Origin: the human T2T-CHM13v2.0 reference genome, Homo sapiens
DNA length: 64,000 nt
NCBI RefSeq assembly: GCF_009914755.1
Contig: NC_060925.1
Direction: 5' to 3' (one strand)
Under the pieces are notes generated by a model that made no database searches, had not been told where the DNA came from, and saw nothing but the letters and a program-made list of their open reading frames with translations. Every line of letters starts with the position of its first letter. Position 1 is the stretch's first letter. Shown one piece after another: positions 59,149 to 64,000 of the stretch. The translations under genes and the position numbers were made by a program.

Positions 59149-59559
59149 TTATATTGCATTCATCTGATGTAATATTATACAGACATTTAGAAAGCTCTTA
59201 TAGTCAAAGGATAAGTAGGTTACCTTTGGCATATTAAATGAGTAAAACTGATACTAAGTTGATATACCCATTGTGATATAATTTTCTTTGGTTCTTAAAT
59301 ATTTTTATATACCTAAGGAAAAAGATTAAAAGCTTATGAAACCAAAATATTCACAGTTTAGTTATCACAGTCTAGTGTGATTATGGGTAATTTTTATTGT
59401 TTTAATTTCATATTTTTCTGTTCAAAGTTCCATTGCTTGTTTAATTAAAAAAAACTTTTAAATAATATTATAAAATGACCATCACAGAAAAAAATATCAT
59501 TAGGCAATATTGCCATGACTATAGACCTTTCTCCCTACACTGTTATTCTTACAGTTGGA

Positions 59560-60900
59560 TGCTTTGAATCGGGAAGTGATATATCGCCTTGCTTTTCGCT
59601 GGAGAAGGAAGCGCCAGCCTTTGTGAGCATGTGTATCACAAGCTAACTAGCACGAAGATTGCATAGCTCTTTCTACATAAGGCTACTGTTCGCAGAAATT
59701 TGGTCCATGGTCTCCAGTCTCTTGGGGTCTCACGCTCTGTGAAAATCTTCGTGTTTTTCCCTAGCCCCCAGAGTCACCTTTCACACAGCGTCTGCTTGTA
59801 ACCGCGGTCCCCACAGGAGTTTGTAGGATTTCTGTGCCAGCGGTGAAGGTGTTCTCACCTCATAGAGCAAGGTAGAAACTACGCAGACAGGCGCTGTTCT
59901 TTGGGATGAAAGCAGGGCCTTTGGGGCTCTTTCTTAGTGTCCCCGTTCGGTTGTAGACATAACACGCTTGCTTTGTGTAGGAGATCGGCTCTGCCGGCGC
60001 CCAGGGGCCCTAACGCAGTTCATCGAGGCCCGCAGGTCAGAACTGCAGTCTCACCTGTCTTGGCGGAAATGCGCTGCGCTCCTCCCTGTACTACATAAGC
60101 ACGAGAATTCCACTACAGAAGAAAACCCCAGGCCTAGTGATGGCGGTTCTGGGCATTTTGCCAGCTTCTCCCAGGGTGTGCTTTCTGACCCCACCCACTT
60201 CTGATCTGTAATGTCATGGTCAATAGAAACTACTGGGCCCAAACGGAAAAGGCAAGGAGGAACACAGCGGGAAAGCCTATGGCGTTCCCTGGTGGCTACC
60301 CCGGGGACTGCACTCATAGATCCGCGTGTTCCGAGAAGCCTCTGCCATCCCGACCCCGGAGCCGTGCAGAAACCCGCGGCTCCAAAGAAAACCGGCTAGA
60401 ACGCACAGGAAGCCCAGCCAGTGTTCAGGACACTGCGAGTGGAAGCCGTACGTCCCACGGACTGATCTAGTTTGCTGAAGACGAGCCATTTACTTCTAAC
60501 CCCAGCAGCGGACATTGCCTTGCTCAAATATAAAATATATGAACCAAGACCGAAAGCAACTCTTATTGCGTTACTGATGAGCAAACGGGTTTTTAGAATG
60601 GTTAAGAAATGTCCCTTGTTTTGGGACCGTCATCACTAACGTATGCTTGGGATTCCTGATCGAGGAGTTTCTGAGCAAAGCAGCCCACCAATCCAGTGGC
60701 TGAGAACGGCTTGGATATTGGCTTCCAGGCGCATCAGAAATACCGAGGTTCTGACAAAGACGTGAGCTTCTGTCTGCCTTTGGGAAGGCCTTCTTCCAGT
60801 CCTGGCGCTGCCGCTTGCCTTCTGTTTGACCTGGGGCCAGGTCCTTCAATTTGCTAGGCTTCAAGTTGGAAAGTGTTACAGGAAAATAATAATGCGAAGT
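59560..60900. promoter_or_regulatory. CpG-rich, repeat-free promoter-like segment
   Basis: Raised CpG; ETS-like ggcggaaat (~60062), GC-rich tgcgctgcgc, CCAAT (~60688); minus-strand donors CAG|gtgaga (60054) and GAG|gtgaga (~59858). Confidence 0.55.
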
Positions 60901-61611
60901 GCTTCTTAGAGTTATTGCACAGATTACAGAAGATAGTCTAATAGTACAGCTAGCATCCTGTATGGCTTACATTAAGGATTTGCTGATAGGAAACAACATC
61001 CCAGATAAAGTTTTTTCCCCTTAATTATGAAATATAACAAAGGAAAGTGTGTAGACTTATGCTTCAGGCCTCTGTAACATTTGAATGAATTTTGCACTTG
61101 TGAAGGTGACATCATTTTACAAAATAAGTTAATACTAAAGAATGACAAGTGGAATTTACAAAACATATATTCACAAAAAGAACTTGTTCTTAGCAGCTTT
61201 GTTTACAATAGTCCCCAAACTGGAAAAGGTTCATATGCATCAAGAGGTGAATGGACCTATTGTGATATATTCATCCAACGGAGTACTACCCTCAATAAGA
61301 TGGGACAAATTATGGAAACATGAGATAGCATGGGCCAATCTCAAAAACCTCATGCTGAGTGATGTAAAGAGTGGATTCTATGTGGTGCCATCAAGGTGAA
61401 TTTCTAGAACAGGTGAAACTAACCTGTATAGTGGCAGAAAATACATCATTAATTGCTGGGGTCAGGGAGTCGAGGGGACTGACTGCAAAGGGCACAAGAG
61501 GACCTTCTGGAGTAGTAGACATGTCATCAAACTTGAAATGGATGCATTGTACCATATTCAACCAATGCCTTAATCAATTTGATTGTAAAAAGTAGTAAGA
61601 AAACCACTGCA

Positions 61612-61786
61612 GGCTGGACGCGGTGGCTCACGCCTGTAATCCTAGCACTTTGGGAGGCTGAGGCAGGCGGATGGGAGGCGGAGGTTGCAGTGAGATGAGA
61701 TCGAGCCACTGCACTTCAGCCTGGGCAACAGAGCCAAAAAAAAAAAAAAAAAAAAACCTCCGTCTCAAAAAAAATAAAAAAAAAAA
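61612..61786 (+). mobile_element. Internally deleted Alu within an L1ME remnant
   Basis: Left-arm start joined at ggcggat|gggaggcggagg to the right-arm end. Confidence 0.85.
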
Positions 61787-63231
61787 CACAGCAAATCATA
61801 ATGCATTCTACTTAATTTAATGTATGTTTAGCTTTAGAGGATTCCTTTAGAAAAGCGTCTCGCTAAATGTGATTGAGAGTTCAGGAATTCCTTCATTTCT
61901 GTTTCTGTCTCTTTGTCTTCAGTTAAATTCATGCACTATTAAATGGAATATTTGTAAAATAAAAATAGAGTCTAAGTTCAATTTTACAAAAGCATATATA
62001 TATATGTGTATATATAATATATAGCTCCCATATATATGTGTGTGTATATATAGAGAGAGCTTTATTTATTGTTTTTTCTTTTGCGGGGGTGCGGGGGGGA
62101 CAGTCTAGCTAAAATATACATTCTTCTCTCTGTAGATATACCAGAAGAACATGACTCGATCAGTGTTGCCCTAATGTTAACAAAAGTTATTTTGAACTTA
62201 AGGTGATCAGAAATTTTACCTATCTGTACTTTTTCTGTATTGGTGGTATGGTCTATGCTAAGCGTGTATAATTAAAAAAAAAGAGAGTAACTTCAAAATG
62301 ATTTGGAAGAAAAAATATGTACATATGTGAATAGTACTTAATTCCAGGTGATGGGAATATGGATGACTGGTTATCTTCTTCTTTCTGTATCTTTTATATT
62401 TTTAAATGGAAAAACTCAACGACCTGGAAGTGAAAGAACAGATTTGGAAGAGGTGTGGGGCAGGTGAGAGGAAAATGCAGAGTGAAACTCTGTCTCAAAA
62501 AAAAAAAAAAAGTTACTTGTAATAAAACTCACCAATTTTAAATCTACGATGTAACCATCTAAGGAGGTTTGTAGAATTGTGCAGCCATCAGCAGAGTCAC
62601 GTTTTAGAATATTTTTGTCATTTCCCCAAATACCCTAAAGCCTCTGCACAGTCATTTCCTAATCTCTGGTGCCCATGACTGGGCCCCAACAAAATAAAAA
62701 TTTGGAAATCCGACATCATTAAATTTCAAATTTTCTTAGATTGGGATTTTTTGTAGTGAATCATTGTCTTACTTTTGTGACGTTTGAGGAAATATTGCAT
62801 TTTAGGGACTTTTTTGATGAACTTAATAATAGTCCTGTTCATTGCTCTTCGTGAATTGTTTCATTTTTACTGATAACTGATAGTTGCTACAAAACCTGGT
62901 CTGGCGAGCCTAAATGAATGAGCTAAAAAAAGAAAAAAATCTGCTATAAGAAATAGAGATAGATGATGAATTTGCACATAAGATTATGTGGAGTTAGTAT
63001 TGTACCATCTTTATTCTTTCAGAAATTTGGTTGGTAACATTACAGATACTCCTCACATGGTTGGAATGCCTCTCATTATCTTCTTCAGGTTGCAAGGGCT
63101 CCAGAATAGTGACATAAAGGTAAACGTGAGTGCAAGATTTTTGCTGTAGTTCTTTGCTTTTTAATTTTTTTCTCTTAGAGGGATTAGCATCCATGTATCT
63201 GAAATAATAAATCAAGAGTAGAGATAGGCAT

Positions 63232-64000
63232 TTGTACTAGTTTTCTATTGCTGCCTATTAACACATGCAACAAACTAGTGGATTGAAACCACAGAAGTCT
63301 GGAACAGAGGCTGGGTTCTCTGATAAGGGTTTTAGGAAGCTGAATCCAGGTGTGCCTGGCTATGTAATTATGTGGAGCTCAGGCTACTTCTCCAAGTTCA
63401 CTTCAGGTGTAGGAGGAATTCATTTTGTGGGAGTTGAAAGACTGGGTTTTCTTTTTCTGTGCTGGCTGTCCCAATAACAGCTCATGGAGTCCTTCTCAAG
63501 CTCCCATTCTTCCTGACGTTACCTTCTTCTGACAGCTAGAGAAACCACTGGCATGTATGCAGTGATGTGATTAGATCCAGTTTACACAGGTAACCTCACC
63601 ATCTTAAAGTCGTATAACTGGCTTATAACAACATAATCACCAGAATGATGTCTCAGCACCTTAACAGGCTTTAGAGACAAGGGTGTGGCATGTTTGGGGA
63701 CCATTTCAGAAATTCCATCTACCGCAGTTGGACACTCACATTCCCCCATCTGCAAAATACATTCACCCTCTCCCCTAAGGTTTCCAAATTTCATGTCATT
63801 AAAGCGTTAGTTCAAAGTGAAAAATGGTATGTAGACCACACCAGATCAAAAATTTAAAATCTTATCTTAATCATCCACACCAAGTATGAATGAGGCTTCT
63901 GAGGGTGTCCTTGACATAATTCCCTTCCCTCTATCAACCTGTGAAACTGAACAAACAGCTTATCTGCCCTCAGTGTGCAATGGTGGGACAGACATAGAAA
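63232..64000 (-). mobile_element. MLT1 LTR plus MLT1 internal sequence
   Basis: tgtactagttttctattgctgc..; caccatcttaaagtc..; atacattcaccctctccc; caatggtgggacagacatag. Confidence 0.7.

Noticed and set aside
59560-60900. Intact tRNA gene
   Set aside because: No cloverleaf or properly spaced A/B boxes found by eye; tRNAscan-SE would be decisive

Overview
Human (primate) genomic DNA: repeat-rich, with a human-type AluYa5. It looks like a segmental-duplication mosaic of the chr1 (1q21/1p11) U1-variant/LINC01138-LINC00869-LINC00623 type; I cannot tell which paralogous copy. No complete protein-coding gene is present. (1) A CpG island (~12.1-13.9 kb) carries, on the minus strand, the first two coding exons of PARP8 with intact ATG and splice sites. 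Versus my recollection of PARP8 they differ by E8D and an in-frame loss of K25, and the rest of PARP8 is absent, so this is a 5'-only duplicate. Splicing to a strong acceptor at 8939 would give a 95-aa chimeric microprotein, preceded by a strong-Kozak poly-proline uORF. (2) A divergent U1 snRNA variant (26253-26415, +) has DSE, PSE and a 3' box. Its 5' end AUACUUAUGUA is complementary to UAC|AUAAGUAU rather than CAG|GUAAGUAU. Its U1-70K and U1A loops are mutated, the Sm site and SL4 are kept, and it has a new perfect 10-bp internal helix. (3) Between these lies a decayed ERV1 block (gag/RNaseH/integrase/env relics, LTRs). (4) A second CpG-rich promoter-like segment at ~59.6-60.9 kb has a possible scar of a deleted tRNA-Glu gene. 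The rest is Alu, L1, L2/MIR, MaLR/MLT2 and microsatellites. Repeat subfamily names come from recalled consensus sequences, not a database search.
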